64,000 bases of DNA from Balanoglossus misakiensis (taxonomy: Eukaryota > Animalia > Hemichordata), in contig CM082592.2 of assembly GCA_040954595.2 (NCBI GenBank), positions 6,489,531-6,553,530 of the forward strand, given 5' to 3'. The first letter of the stretch is position 1. The number at the start of each line of letters is the position of its first letter. Shown piece by piece: positions 48,701 through 63,300 of this stretch. The position numbers and the translations under genes are program-made. The notes beneath the pieces were generated by a model. It had not been told where the DNA came from. It did not search any database and saw nothing but the letters and a program-made list of their open reading frames with translations.

Positions 48701-51141
48701 ATCCTAGCAAGTCGCCTTAGCGAGTTTATCTCAATAATTTGTATTCAGAATCGATAACGTTGTCTGCAGCGGAAATCGATTCAATTTTATATCGCATTGA
48801 CATTGCATCTGAAAGGGTATACACGAGATGTCGGCCTGTTTGTCTGGCCGGATGCTGCGCCAACGCAATCAATCCCAAATATCATTTTCGAGTTACTTTC
48901 TCGTTTTTACGACTTTTTTCCCGACAAAGATTGCCCGACGTTCGCTTTTTAGATCGTAACAGGCCTGGGATTTACACTGTTTATGGTCAAGCGTGCCGCA
49001 GTAAAAGCGTCCGAAAATGCAATAAAATCGTTAATGACCGTTACAATCAAATGTCGTACTTCCCGGCTGGTTACGTAAAATGACTGGTGATTTATCTGGG
49101 TCAGTTTGTTCGAGGCTGCTGCTACATGTATAGACACACGCGCCGATCGCTGGATTTTCTTTCTGTCAAATGGCTAGAAAAAGGTTAGGACATCTATAAA
49201 TGTCAAATCGACGTCAAGTTGCAATAACAGGAGCACTCAGCCGGCGTTCAATCTTTCACCGACTTTCCAAAGATATGCCGAATCCTTCGACGGGAAAAAT
49301 TCCCCCTTTCAAATGCGCCCAAGACATTTTTCCAAAAGACGATAACAGTGCCGCTGAAATCGCAGCGTTCCTATCTCACCTGGTCTTTTCTCTAGGGTTA
49401 TCTCGAAACCTGTGCCGTACTCCCGGGAATTCGAAACCCATTTTCCAGTTTTGTCTCAGATGATACTAGATTAAACAGAACGATTTGCAGGCAAAGCAAG
49501 ACCGAATTCAAAGTCATGCAGCCTAAGTCTCACTTAAATCTGCCGAATCATGCCATATATATAGTGCAATCGACTTTCTCCACTGCATGAAGACGTGCAA
49601 AATCATAAAATGTTTGTGCTTAAAACCGTACGATTGTTCTGCTTTTTTAAATCAAATGTCCAGAACACTAACTCGTGGATTTCAAATAAGCTAGCTGGAA
49701 AGTCCGACGGGTTAGGTTAACCGTAGAGAATATCTTCAGTGTATATTCCGAAATGAGAGTTACAGTACAAATGACAATAAACCAATTTAATGCATGGAGT
49801 CATCAATTCCGCCGAGCTCTTATCACCTGTCTTGCCTGAGGGGGTTTCCAACTCGACCAGAAAATGACATAACAGCTCGATATCGAGAGAACTCGTCAGC
49901 GCCGAGACTGCAATGGAGTTACTAAAGGTCAGGGGTCACAAGGGGGAGTCCATGATGGAAGAGATTCGCAAGATTGGTTCACGATTGCGTTCCCATCATA
50001 TAAGTAAAAATCTGTAGTTCTCGACTGAGCGCGATATGATCACGGTCATGTCGTGTCATCAAAATCGCACCGAGCAGCTCAATTCTAACGAAAACAATCT
50101 TTCTTCTATAACAGATGGCGTTTTATCGATGGAGGTTGCCGCCCCGGGTTCGGATTCGCGCAGCGAAGCGGTGAAAATTCCCATGACGGCCGTGGGCAGT
50201 ATCGGGGAGAGTGTGCGTGTGTCTCTCTATGAAAGGGGAGGGGGGGGGGTGTTATATTGGGAGGGGCGAATATTTCGGGCATGAATTTGCTGACTCTGTG
50301 ATATCCCCAGGGGGAAATCTGATAATCCTCCTTCATTTTGCTGCTCTAAAGCAATTATGGATATCATGCTTTAACTAATATTACATAGAATTTTATCATA
50401 TGTGTGTGGGTGGGTGGGGGGGGGGGTATATACAAAAAACAAATGCCGCTTTTTTTCGGTGCAACTGTCTCCTGTGATCAACCGTTCAAGCCTCCCCGCA
50501 CCCCCTCCCCAGGGTATCAAATGAAAATGATCCGTTCCTGATTAGCTGCGGCGATGATCCTTGTTCCTGAACTCGAGTGGCGAACTCCATTAGTCGTCCG
50601 GTTTCAGTTTCTGCCCATCTTCCTGAACAAAAATTGCGATGGCGACTCCATGGCAACCAAGATTGCAATTCCCGTATGATTATTCAATCCTGAATATATG
50701 GGAACGGTGTTCTGAGCGCGCGGCACTGACTATAGTAAATGTCAAATCCCCACGCCAAATAGCGGTCGACATTTTCTCCATAAACCGCAATTTTCGTTAT
50801 ACGTTAGGTCACGTCCCCAGACTTACCTTTCTTACGAACCTGGAAAGTCGACTTTTCTGTAGTCAGTGTGAAATCCGGGGACGTATATATTCCCTATGCA
50901 AACGTTGCCACTGTAATTACTGTATAAACACACTGTTCAACATCAAGCCAGTCAAAGCCCAGGGCAATCCAGACCCAAATACGTCAAAGTCGATATCAAA
51001 GCCCCCGCTTTGATTTTGACTAATGCCGGAATAAAAACGAAAATGACCGGCTGGAGGCCACATGTGACGTTGTCCAAAAGCCAATTAGCGTACATATACA
51101 TGTACATCCTCAAAAGATAAATGCAAATTCATTGCGTCATT

Positions 51142-51147
51142 TTTATT
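51142..51147 (-). terminator. Candidate polyadenylation signal for the RASL10-like gene
   Basis: AATAAA on the minus strand at the end of an AT-rich, UTR-like stretch about 2.6 kb past the stop codon; motif only. Confidence 0.25.
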
Positions 51148-53749
51148 GAACAACAATCAGGAATTATCCAGGAAATAAATAATACAGTACTTTTTTACAG
51201 TTTTGTAAATGAAGCACAGACATATTACAAACCCCAAAATCAGCGACATAAACAAATCAGACAATGCGTATTTAGACGTCCCTAGCTTCGTGTAACTGAT
51301 CATCGAGTCAGTCATAGACACTACAAAAATGTCCCGTGTCCATCTGTTACATTACACTTTATATCACCACACGCACCTCGAAGACTTGCAACTTGTTTAC
51401 CCGTGGAAACACGGTATAAAAATCGAAGAATTAAAACAAAAGGAAGGACTGGCCGACAAGCAAATTTTTATAGGCAGCCATATTATTTAAATTGAACACC
51501 TGAATTCAAAATGGCGGCCATTCTCTGCCGATGTCATGTCAAGCACAGCAAAGATTTCGAAGATGCTGATAAAGGTAATGTTACTGATAATTCCTTCTTG
51601 AGATGCCTTCACAGCTGTCCTTGGACTTGGTTGTATAGTATTGGTTATCAATTGAGTTGCATTTCAGTGAGAGTTGCGACGCTACCACTGAAAACTGTCC
51701 CGCTGTATGATCAGGTCGACAGCAGCTGTACGTCTCAATGATTCAATGCGTCCGGTCTTTTAACCGACTCACGTGAAGACTCTAACCCGCTCAAAGATAA
51801 ACCGAGTCTCACTCTGCTATACAGAATCTCTTAACAAAATGCAGCGTGATAAAGGCAATGTCACGACCCTTCCCCGCACTTTCATGAGACAGAAAATCTT
51901 GTAAACAAAACTTGTGTACCCTTCTTTACCGCGATTTGACGGACTTAGTTCCACGAGGGCAGTCTCATTTTACGCCACAAAGCAGTACAGATTCTTACAA
52001 TATCGTCCATGAGAAAACAATAAGATTGCATATTTCGCAAGACGTCTTTGTCGGCGATTTCATTTTCGAGGGACGTACGACTCGGTGAACACAGTAGACG
52101 TTACTTGAAACGTTAAAATTATAGCCTTTCAGTGTTCCACGCGGAGCGTTGATGGAGTCAGAGTTTCCAATTTCGATTTGTGAAAACATTCGCAAGAGTC
52201 ATAATTTTAGACGTTTCAAATTTACTGTCATTTGAATGATCGCTCTGTGTATAGTGCAATTTCGATTTGCAAATTTTTTTAAAAGGCGTTTAGAAAACGG
52301 GCACAAATGGTATTTATTGTCGCTCTTCAAAAATGAATCGTGTTGACATTACTTCAATTACAGATATTTGAATTCCGTCGCGCGCCGTTCTTTAGGTTTG
52401 CATCGAACTTTAAAAAGAGCGGGAATTTTCGCGGCAAGCCGTGTATGTTCGGGTGTCGGTTTACATATTTTCGTCGATTACAGTGCAGGTATGGAATTAC
52501 TTTCCTTTCCCCCCGAGTGAAGCATTCTAGACTCGTGCGTTTTAATAACGTAAATTGACAATCCCGTGAAACGCAAGACCGCGTACATCTTTGCTGATCG
52601 TCGTTAGAGGGTATCTGTCTAGTCTGAGCAGGATCGACGGGCCTTTTGTTGGCATTATCTGATGAATTCCCGCCATTAATTTAGCAAATGCTAACCAGTG
52701 CTAAGCTTCCCCCCCCCCCTTCTTCTCCCCTCTTCCACTGTGGCAGAATGTATGCGCTTGCCTGGGTGAAATAGTTCCCGGAACGAAGCCGTAATACGCC
52801 CTGCGTTACAAATTAGTCTTGAACGAAGCTTTAATTACCACGGCGTGTGGGATGAAGTCGCTTTGATCTTCCAGGAAATAGTTTACAGCGAGAAGCAGGT
52901 TAGGAGCGACAGAAGAAATTAAGGGGAACAGAATGCTCTTTTATCAGCGCGCTAATTTCGCATCAAGTAGCCATAATACTGCACGACCGGGGAAAATTGA
53001 GTTTCAAAATGAAAACACATCGCTTCTTTTGTGGCTTCCTTAATGCAATTTAGTCGGTGATAAAAGTCGATCAGGACTGGAACAACTGGGAGATTATTGG
53101 GTTTAGTGGCGAGGGCTCCTGCCTGCAACTTTGGCGGGAATGGCGTTTATTCCCACGTGATTACAATCACTGTCACAACACTGCATCTCGCCACGTTCTG
53201 GTAAGACGCACCGCGCTCTTATTTCGAGGAAAAAACTGCCGGTTGTCATAGCTACTGCGCATAAGGTACTCCAGCGACGCCGACGTTCTTCGGTGAAGTC
53301 CTGTGGATGCCCAGTGTAAATTTCCGCTTCAATTATGACAGACAAAATAACTCGAACGGAAGCGGTGGAAATGTGTACTATAAGATTGCGTCGTGTCTTG
53401 TCGTTTGTATAGATTAAAACGGGCCTGGTAGCCTACATGCGTGTCCTGGCGATTAACTGGTAGCTATTTGTAAAAAAAATCCCCTCTCAAGTTTTTAACA
53501 AAGAATCGCTGTTTTGTCGATTCATAAGGCATGTCCCTAATTGAAGGCTGTAAATACGAAGACCCTGAGATTCATGCACCATTTTGCATGCCAACACCTC
53601 TTCCTTCCATTTGAAAGAATTTACGGTTGGTAAAACGTTTCGAGCACGTTGTCCCAGTCAGTCAAGGCCAAAATTGGCGAACGACACCCCGGGGGTACTG
53701 CGCACGGTGGTGGTCACCGAGACGGCGTGCCCGTGCATTTCGGCGTGGT

Positions 53750-54361
53750 TTACATCAGCTGGCAGCTGTTACGGCGCAGCCCGCCCCTCATCCGCGCCGT
53801 CGGCGGCTTGTCCCGGTGCTCGCAGATGAACTTCATCACTTCGCTGAAGAGCGACACGATGTGCCAGTTGTACTTGGCCGAGCACTCCACGTAGCCGGAC
53901 TTCCAGGTCTTCTTGACGATGTGCGTCATGTCCCGCCGGGAGAGGCCGTTGCACTTGCCCAGGTCGCACTTGTTGCCGGCGACCACGATCGGCAGCTCGG
54001 TGCCGTTGTTGCAGTCCCGGTAGTCGAGGATCTGCTCGCGCAGGTCCTTCACGAACTGGAAACTGTCGTTGTTGGACACGTCGAACACCAGGATGAAAGC
54101 GGTCGCGTCCCGGACTTCCGGGTTGTACGACTGAAAGTCGACCCAGTCGTAGAAACTCTTCATCTGGAAATACTGCAGAGGCGGCGTGTCGACGATATTC
54201 AGCTGGTAAAGATGCTGATTGGCTAATACTGCGGGATTGAATACAGATGTGGACTTGGTAGGCAAATGCTGGTCCGGGAAATTACAATTTACATATTGCT
54301 GTATAATGGCAGACTTCCCGACTCCAGGTGCGCCGAGGACGGCTATGTCTACACTCTGCAT
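53750..54361 (-). CDS. RASL10B: Ras-like protein family member 10 (RASL10A/B co-orthologue), single coding exon
   Basis: AVLGAPGVGKSAI, DTPP in place of DTAG, VAGNKCDL, VKKTWKSGYVECSAKYNWHI, C-terminal LRRNSCQLM (CAAX). Start could be 54361 or 54385. Confidence 0.92.
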   Translation of the reverse strand: MQSVDIAVLGAPGVGKSAIIQQYVNCNFPDQHLPTKSTSVFNPAVLANQHLYQLNIVDTPPLQYFQMKSFYDWVDFQSYNPEVRDATAFILVFDVSNNDSFQFVKDLREQILDYRDCNNGTELPIVVAGNKCDLGKCNGLSRRDMTHIVKKTWKSGYVECSAKYNWHIVSLFSEVMKFICEHRDKPPTARMRGGLRRNSCQLM

Positions 54362-57300
54362 TCTGACGTCAGACAGTGTCCACATTAGGAAAAATAATCA
54401 CCTTTTAAAGACGAAAAGGACCAGGTAATTCCTCCCTCCAGATTTCTCACGTCTGCAGACTGATCAATGGAAAGCAATTGTTCGCGCGTTTCCGCGTTCT
54501 CTCCCACCTGCCCGCCTTATAAGGGAGTTCCTCCCGACTTTCTTCCTCGACACACCGCATGCGCAATGCCACGACTGATGAGTAAAATTGTTTGCGTTTC
54601 CACGGGCAGGGTTCTGGTTGTCACGCAGAGACGACTTGCCCAACGCTGTCACGGTCTCTTCGGGTTGTCTTCAGTGAAACCAGTGACAGAAACTCACGCG
54701 GGACTCGCGTTCTGCAACGAGAATGGATACCCTCTGTTAGAAGATATGCGGGCAATAGGGCAGGCACGGCAGACGAAGCTCTGGGCTCACTGGCCCAGGT
54801 TAATACCCACATTACAAGCTACCATTACATACATGAATAAAGTAATCCTATACAGCGCATGATTCCAATAATGATCTCCGAATAGAACATTATATGAATA
54901 CACGGAAGGTAATCTCGGCCAACTATGCGCACAACGCAATTCTAATCGGCCCAAACCCATCTATTAAATAGCTTAACATTTTCGATGTACGGACGACAAT
55001 TGCGAAGACGGGTGAATAAAAAATAAGCCGCATTCATCGAGAAAATATGAATCTGCTCGAGTCATTAAAGACACAGTACTAAGCCGATATGAAACCCAGT
55101 GAATAACTTCTTAAAGAATTAATACTTTTCAAATAAAATGCAACCGATTGCTGGGGACATAAGCTCATCTGCACGCGTCATTGGAATTTTTAAAAAAAAT
55201 CGAGCAGACGATAATTTTGATCAGACGATAATTTTGCTTCATTGAAAAGATGCTAACTTTCTTCTTCATTTGTTCCAGAAAAAACGGCAGCTGCAAGGTT
55301 TCAGCTTTGCGTGTCGTCCAGTTCGACATAAACGCGGGCTTTGGAGACTAATTGGTACAATCCCAGTTGTTGAAGTATCGCCATTAATGGCCGTGTAAGG
55401 CAAAATTGGAGAGTCTAACCGCAACGCACCTATCAATGTGATACACGGTAGGCCATATATCGGTATGTATAAAAACTCCTAAACCCTGCGGCTACGTAGA
55501 GGCGGTGGGTAATTAAATTGAAATGGTGAAGTCTACAGGGAGTCCGATGAAGTACTGTCTGAAACCAAATTTATCCCCTAGGAGAATTTTTGAAATCATC
55601 CAGCGCGTAGTTATTACAAACAAAGAGCAACGCGCAGTTTGGTTGTACTAATAAGGGGGAATGCCGCAGTGATTAGGGCTGCGACGTGGATCACGTACTA
55701 AACACCTCGGCGATCGGCAGCAAAGCTGAATAGCCTCGCGCCAAATAATCAAAAATTTAATCGCCCTCAAAGAAACTCCCCTACACCGTCTTCTGTAAGC
55801 GGAACGCACTCGATCCGATTCCGGGAAAGATCAGATGCGAGACGAGGGAATCTTTCGATTGAAAACGCGACATTTTGATGGCGTCGCTAACGCTGGTGTT
55901 GGGATCAAAATTGTGTATTATATAGAGTTGTGACAGACCGACAGATAGATAGATAGATAGAGCTACTCATCCACTACCACTGAGCGTCTAAGCTTAGATA
56001 TCTGAGTCCATCCGTGAACTTATTAAGTCGCTGTTTTCAACTGTAGTCAACAAGTTGATGAGAGTTAATTTACCGTCACGTTCACTCTGTTATAATCGTC
56101 CACTCAACAGTCTCGCCGTTCATTGCCCATGTATTTCAATCGAGAATCTTCCAAATTAGCGGCCTTTCGGTAAGTCTCGGCGGTATATATAACGCGCAGA
56201 CTGTCGTCGCTGTCCACACCGTTTTATCTCAATGCAACAAATACGGTCGCCAAGCCAATCCTTCAAGTGTCGAGGCGCAGACACTTGGGGCCGGAAGATC
56301 GCTTCTGAAGTGCGCGTCTTTGCGAACCAGCACCTGAACGGCTCGCGTGGTACAGTCCAGGTATAAGGCAACGTCAGTCGGCGATGGTACTTCAGTTGGC
56401 TCGAACTCGTCTTAATTTGGACTCAGCCCGTTTCTTTATGCAGCTCGCTGTATTTTTTATGGGTTGACAAAAAGAAACATTCGTCGAAATGGCTATCGGG
56501 CCCGAGCTCAATTACTATGGAAGCCGTATCAACGTCCACGCGGATTGAATACTGACGAGTTCGCTGGAGAGGTTTCTAATTTAATACTGAACACAGCAAT
56601 GAGAGAGAGAGAGAGATGGAGAACGAAATCAGACGAGTTGGAATTACAGCGCGAGGTAAATTCGTCAAAACCCAATAGACATTTGTAGTTGTGTGGTAAC
56701 GAAGGCGAGTGCTAGAAGGCAGTGAATATTGAGTCAGAAGTTGGATCGGGGGGGGGGGGGGACCGAGGTGGTGGAAATGAGGGATTGTGGGTCCTTTCGG
56801 CAAGTGGTAACTAGGGAAACCAGAGCGCGGGAAACACATGCAAACTACAGAGCAGATATTATCGCCTGATTTCAAGGGGGAAAAATTCAACAGCTCATCG
56901 GCCCGTCACGAAAAAAATGTGTGCTGTGCGTAAACTGTAAAGTGAACTCGCCTTTCGCCGGAAATTCAACCCATTGCGATGCACGCCCGACATGAATAAT
57001 GTTTTATCGCCATGGTAACGGGAATCTGCGCGCCGCTGATTCCCCTCTTCAAGTCGCGCGGCTGTAGCTGTCTCGTGTCGCGGTATTCAAAACTCACCCG
57101 GTGCGTTGACTTGATAGGGAGTTTTTGCCGGTGGGTCGAAACTCATTCAACAAATGCCGTTTTTTTAATAATGAAAATTCATACAGTTTATTTCCCCCGG
57201 GAAGTTAAAATACTGTACAAAGAAAAATAAATGCCTGGATCACACAACACCTGACGGACGAGAAAAAAATGGATTCATCTAATTGACGCATACGTGTTGA

Positions 57301-60300
57301 AGTAACCGACTTCAAAAAATGCCGAACTCTTTACGTGTGAATGGGTCCATTTGCATCATGCGCCGGTGATTATAACCGATCTGACCGTTGAACCGAACCC
57401 CAGCTTTCTTTTAATCTGTGTATTCGGCTAGACGAGGCGAAATTATGTTGACTTTCTTTGATTTCTCGAGCACGGCAAGCAATTCTGATTCTCGTTTTAT
57501 GCCTCCGTGACGTCAATAGCAGATCCGTAGGTTTGTAAGATACGCGCGGATATGAGCATCCTCTCTGGGAGTGGCGCCCCCTGGGGATGGCATAGTATGC
57601 GGTTCCCCCTTCTCTCCGTGAGCATTGATCGTGTCCCGCAATGCTATATTTCCTCGTCTGCCGACCAACAGCATCGAAATTGTAGCCGCTATATGGAGTC
57701 AAATGACAGGAACGTGCTGGGAATATCAAGTACTGCCTACATTTTAAGCCAGACGGACGCGCGGTAGCTTCAGCGACGCGAAGTTGAAAGAGGGCCGCGT
57801 TTCACTGATTTCCTCGTATTTATCAGAAGCATGCCAATTTGTCTCCACGCACGGAGTTAAATTTCACACTCAGTTTGTCTATTAAACACTCATCCAAACC
57901 ATCGAGGGATTTTTTCAGGCGAGGGTATTTCTCGGAGATTGTTTATCTAAACAATTATGTGAGGACTGACACAGTACACACCGTACCCTTATGTCTAGCC
58001 GAAGAATGCGCGGGAAATTATTTTCTCCAGGTGACCAGAAACTGATCGACGACAGTGTTTTTTTCTTTACCATGGGAACGCAGAGTTCAGTTTCTAGCAA
58101 AGAGAGGAGATATCTCAGGTGAATAAGTTTTGAATGCTCCGGCATAAAAAAAACGATGATAGGATCTGTCATGACGAATACAGGGGTATTAACAGAAGAA
58201 AAAAAACTGTGAACAAGCCCTAACTATTCGAAATTGTGAGATATGCTGCAATTTAAAATGGCGGACTCGCGTACAGCCCAGATCACGATTTATGGACCCC
58301 CTAGGGCATTCAAATTCAATCTTGGTAACGTCTGTGCGGATTAGTTTTCTGTGACTGAAGGGTTTATTTTGAAAAATAGCTCAAACATAACACGAGGCAG
58401 TGAAGACCGTGGTTTACAAGTCGCGAACAATCCCACCAATTTGATAGAATTTCGTCGGTACATATGGAGCGCCGTTCTTCCGTGTACAATACTTTGAAAG
58501 CGGTCGACACATTGTGCAGTTTCAATTTGTTGACTTGAGAATCTTTGCTTGTAAATGCATTCAAAATAAATGCACAGGCGCGCGCTGTGATGCCAACTCT
58601 ACAATCCCTCTTGTTAGCCGGACTGGCACACCGAATTAGATCTACGAAATTGTGCCCTGTGCATTTGAAAAGACTTCAGCCAATTTCATCGAGTCCGCAC
58701 GCAGTGCTTATATATCTCTCGCCAGGGAGAGATGTTGAGCTGGGACCCGAGTTGTAGCCGCAGGGTGGGTGATAATTTGACGTATCGAAGAATTAAAGAG
58801 ATTACCGTCTGATGTTTGCTGTGATTTCGAATCTGAATCACGAGATAGAAAGGGAAGCCACGATTAGCTGTCCGTACAGGCATGGCAAATTGAACAGTTT
58901 TTTTATCGTTTCACGTCCAACAAGGAAATATACTTAACGTACGTACAGTGATACCAGTGCTACTGATTTTTTTGTAAACATGATGACTCCTACATGAAAA
59001 AATAAATAGAAGAATTTGCTCACAATTGTGCAGGTTGAAGTAATTATCGAACGTCAGAATGAAGACGGGATATATCTGCATATTTACTCAAATGCCTAAT
59101 CCTCCACTGAATTTGTGGCAGATTACATCCGAACCTCGAAAGTTTCATCTATATTAGGTTACATAGTGACGTCATTTAGAGCATAATTCGTTCGCGTGAT
59201 CTCCCCGAAAGCAATTAAAATTGTCCAGTCCTTTCAGACTTGTTTGAAGTTTCCCAGACTGGGGCATTGGAAATATGGCAGGTGTACATATCTATTATGC
59301 TAATCAGGACTGACGAAGGCAACCGCCGTCAAAACATGTTAGGAGAGTTGAAAGCGTGTCACAAACATGAAGTGGATCGATTTCAGCTGAGCACGTGCGC
59401 TCGACCCTGACTTTTCAAATGTCGAACTCAAGAGAACACCGCTAGATTCACTCTGTCACACCTGACAATTATCGAAGCCTAATTCCAAGAACAGCAACTC
59501 CCGACGTGCAGCGCCTCAGTCGAAAATCCGCAAGCTTGACTGAGCGGACCGCAGTCGAGCCTTTTGATGAAAACACGTAGTGATATGGGCGAATTGTTTT
59601 TTTTTCGCTGGAAAATGTGCGGAAGTGTGCGTATGTCACGTCGAATGTCTACCTCTCGAAACCGTCCGTGGTATGAAATAAGTGAAAAATCCGCAAATTA
59701 GTCATACATAACGGAAAATGGCGAATCACTTGAAAACGACAGTGGTTCCACCCCCATTTCCTTGAAGACGTTAATCTGACAAGTGGGTAGCTTCTTATCA
59801 AATCACTTGAACAGTTACCATTTCCGTCACAAATACCTTTTTAGCAATTGTCAGCAGACTCGACTGAAAGCCAATATCATGGTTTAATATGACGTCGGTC
59901 GTATCAAGGCTAATTTAAAACTGAGCTGAAACCGGGCAATGGCGGCTCAAGACGATCTAACCGCAAGCGGGTTTACCGCTTGAAAGCATTTAACTGAAAC
60001 CACAGAAAAGGTAATCTTCTTCAAAACCAGGTTACCTAATCCGAAATAATTAAAAAAAGAAGGCGAAAACCTTGACTGTGCGCGAGATATGGAACAGAAG
60101 ACGTTCAGTATAGTTCGTGGTACGCATCTATATTAACTGGGTAAAAATCTGGAGACGCGTGTGTCGCTTTATTTAGCCCCCAGGGTTTAATTTTTGATGG
60201 AGAGTACGGCAATTAGGCTAAAGTCCTTCAAATTGTGCAATTCTGCCTTCCATGCACTCACGCAGTAAACCTTATAAATCGACTCTACGCGGGGCAGACA

Positions 60301-63300
60301 TGCCATAATATTTCCAAAGATTGAACATTTTAATTGACAAATCTGACTCGGGGTGAATTTAATGAACTACCGCTGGGGTTGGCAGCGCTGGTTCAGGTCC
60401 ATCCAAATTGCTAGCCGTTTGAATTGTGATGGATGCCAACGATTTGGCGATCAGCGGAGGGATGTTGGTCGTGCCTCGAGACCCGTATGTTGATCAATCT
60501 AAACGCGAGACGTGACGTCATGTCGAAATGGATGGTTTTTATAGAGCCGTGAGATACATGCTGGGTCTTGGCACGTTTAACTATCCAACGGGAATTGGCG
60601 GATTAATATAGCGGCATCAGATGCAATCGGGGAGGTAATTTCGAATAAATCGCCGTCGAAATATGTCGTTTTACCGAGAATTACGATGACTCCGTTCGGC
60701 ACGACTCCCAGTGACGCATTTCCCGCGTTTTGTTGACAAACGACACGTTTTTTCAGGGTTCATGCACGACATTAGTCAATTACAAAATGATGGAGAATGT
60801 CCATTGATCGATCCCGAATCGTCAGTTTTATTTTTACTGAGTTACCCGCCTGCTTATTACGCTATAGCACACACCCCCCTCCCCGGCCAGGGAAACTGAC
60901 TCGTCCCTTAGCTTATATAATTAGCTAAAACTGGCCTTGGTACCAATACAGAGCGTACTCGCTATGATCAACTGTCTACGGTGCTAATCAATACAATTTC
61001 AATCGAATCACAACTACGTGTGTAAACATCGCGCTGCACTGGCCTTCGTTGTGCATCACGTGTTCTCAGGTATTGATCTGTAAATAGATAAGTGTTTCGA
61101 AGGGCAAAACGATTATTCGAGCGACGTCATCGTCGCAACACGCCCTTTGAAAGTCGCGTGGAAACACGTCATTTCTTTATCTCTGAAATTGGTTATGTGT
61201 GCAGCTATAGGATGTATCCTTCGCTGGCATCATTGTTAGTGGCGCGTGGTGTGTAACACTTTCATTCAAAACAGCGGATGTTATTCCGCACACAATATAG
61301 TTCCGCAGCACATGGACATTTTACGCCCAATTTACGTTTATAAATTGAACAATTAGATGGAAGATCTCGACTAAAGCGGTTGGAAGCCACCCTTTTAAGT
61401 AGATTTGTCGACAATCGGCCCATTTACTGATAAGGCACGTCTTATCGCCACACTGTTCAGTGGTGTTATTTCGTCTAATCCGTCTAAATCGCAGCGCGTT
61501 CCATCACATATGCAATGCGAATTAGCGTGTAATGGTACATAAAATACTTAACTCTCACTTTTTTCATTTATGTCAACAAAATAAAGAGGTACAAGTCCCA
61601 GCATGCGGATGAATCTTGAAACGCTTTCCGTATCACTGCTACAACGGCGTTTTTTTTTCAAATGGCTTGGTAATCCATTATCGCCATTATAGACACCATC
61701 GATGGATTTAACCATCGACAGATCCGAAAAATGTTATGAAGTGCTTTCAATTGCGCACTCTGTAGGATTGCATTATTACGCACATGGTAGTACGATAAAT
61801 ATGCATAAACACTTTGGAAGGGAAATTTGCTTATCGTTCGACATTTTCATTTTCTTTTACAGGCCGAAAAAAAACAGTCATTGAAGCTCTACTCATACTT
61901 GGCAATATGCAAATCCTCAATGACATAACATCTGGTGAGTACGACAAATTAAATCCTTGAATTCGTTATGTCATAAGCACTATCACGATTCTTGATGTCC
62001 CTGGAAGTATTTATAGCATCGATAAATAGTTTTCTCGTGAAATGAAACTAACACATCAAGCGAAAAGACAGTAACAGTGTTCCTTTTAAACTTTCGAACG
62101 TCGTGTTAACAAAGGGGGTGTATTGAGAGGCAACGCGTCGTTCGAATAAGTGACTGATGCCAGAGTGGGCAAGGTTCAGCGTGGCCACTTGATATCGCAG
62201 AACAGTTAGAAACGGAAATGCGATAAATCGTGTTTAGTGAGTGCACATTACGATGGTCACGTAGACTCACTCCGACAATATCTTCTACGCCGGCTACTGG
62301 ACACAGAAGATTGCGTTTCGATTAACGAAGTTGGATTACCGGTGACAGTTGATCGCTGACAGGACTGTGAGGGGGCTCAATGCGTAGAATTTTAACACAC
62401 TGCTGTCTCTGCACCGTTCAAATTGGCAATTACGTTTCCTAAATATTTTGGAATAATTTCGAGGAAGGTGCACGGGTGAGGCAAATCTGATGTAATGCGA
62501 TAATGAAGACCAGAAGTTCAGCTGAACTTGTCACAAGTTGATGAAGGATTGGAGATTTTCGCTCGCTCTCTCTCTCTCTCTCTCACTCTGAATAACAGTC
62601 TCCTGCAGAAATGTAGGATTAGATCTACATGTATCTATACCGGACATTCGAGGTAGAAAGCGACACAGACCGACATGGACAAATTACACGCTTCCATTGC
62701 TCGCTGCAATAACAGAATTGATGGCATGTTTCACGAGAGATTTGTGAAGGTTAATAGCAATCGCGGCCGGGGCACAGGCAGACACCGTGAAGGGGATTAT
62801 TGTGTTTATGGCACTCAGTCTGGCCATCATAGGAAGGTTAATAAAATCCCGCATTGGGACCTAACAAGGTTTACATCATTTATTTCACCCACTGCAAGCG
62901 ATTAGCCTAGGTTAAGACCGCGGATATAAGATATCCAGCCAGACTGATTTACAGATTTTTCGCTTGCCCTATAGTGAACACATTTATTCAAAAATCACTT
63001 TATAGGATCGGGATAGGTGATTTTATTGTTTGCTTCATTCGGTAAAGTGAAACCCCGGTAAGAGTTATCGCCACCGGGTTCACAAGTTCACGGTGACCTC
63101 TATCACAGTATGTACATAATTTTACGCTGTATACTAGTATGTATTCTAAGAGCTCTCTCCTTTGAAGCTCGTTCGGGGGTGTCTTCCCAGGTTTCTGTGG
63201 TTTGCCAAGACTCGACTCCCTCAGAATAGATTAACACCTTCAAGTTCTATGAATATTCATGAGATGCACAATACAACAAAAACCCAGATGGATGTGAGAC

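Noticed and set aside
53627-54226. 199-aa plus-strand ORF
   Set aside because: Antisense shadow of the GC-rich RASL10 CDS.
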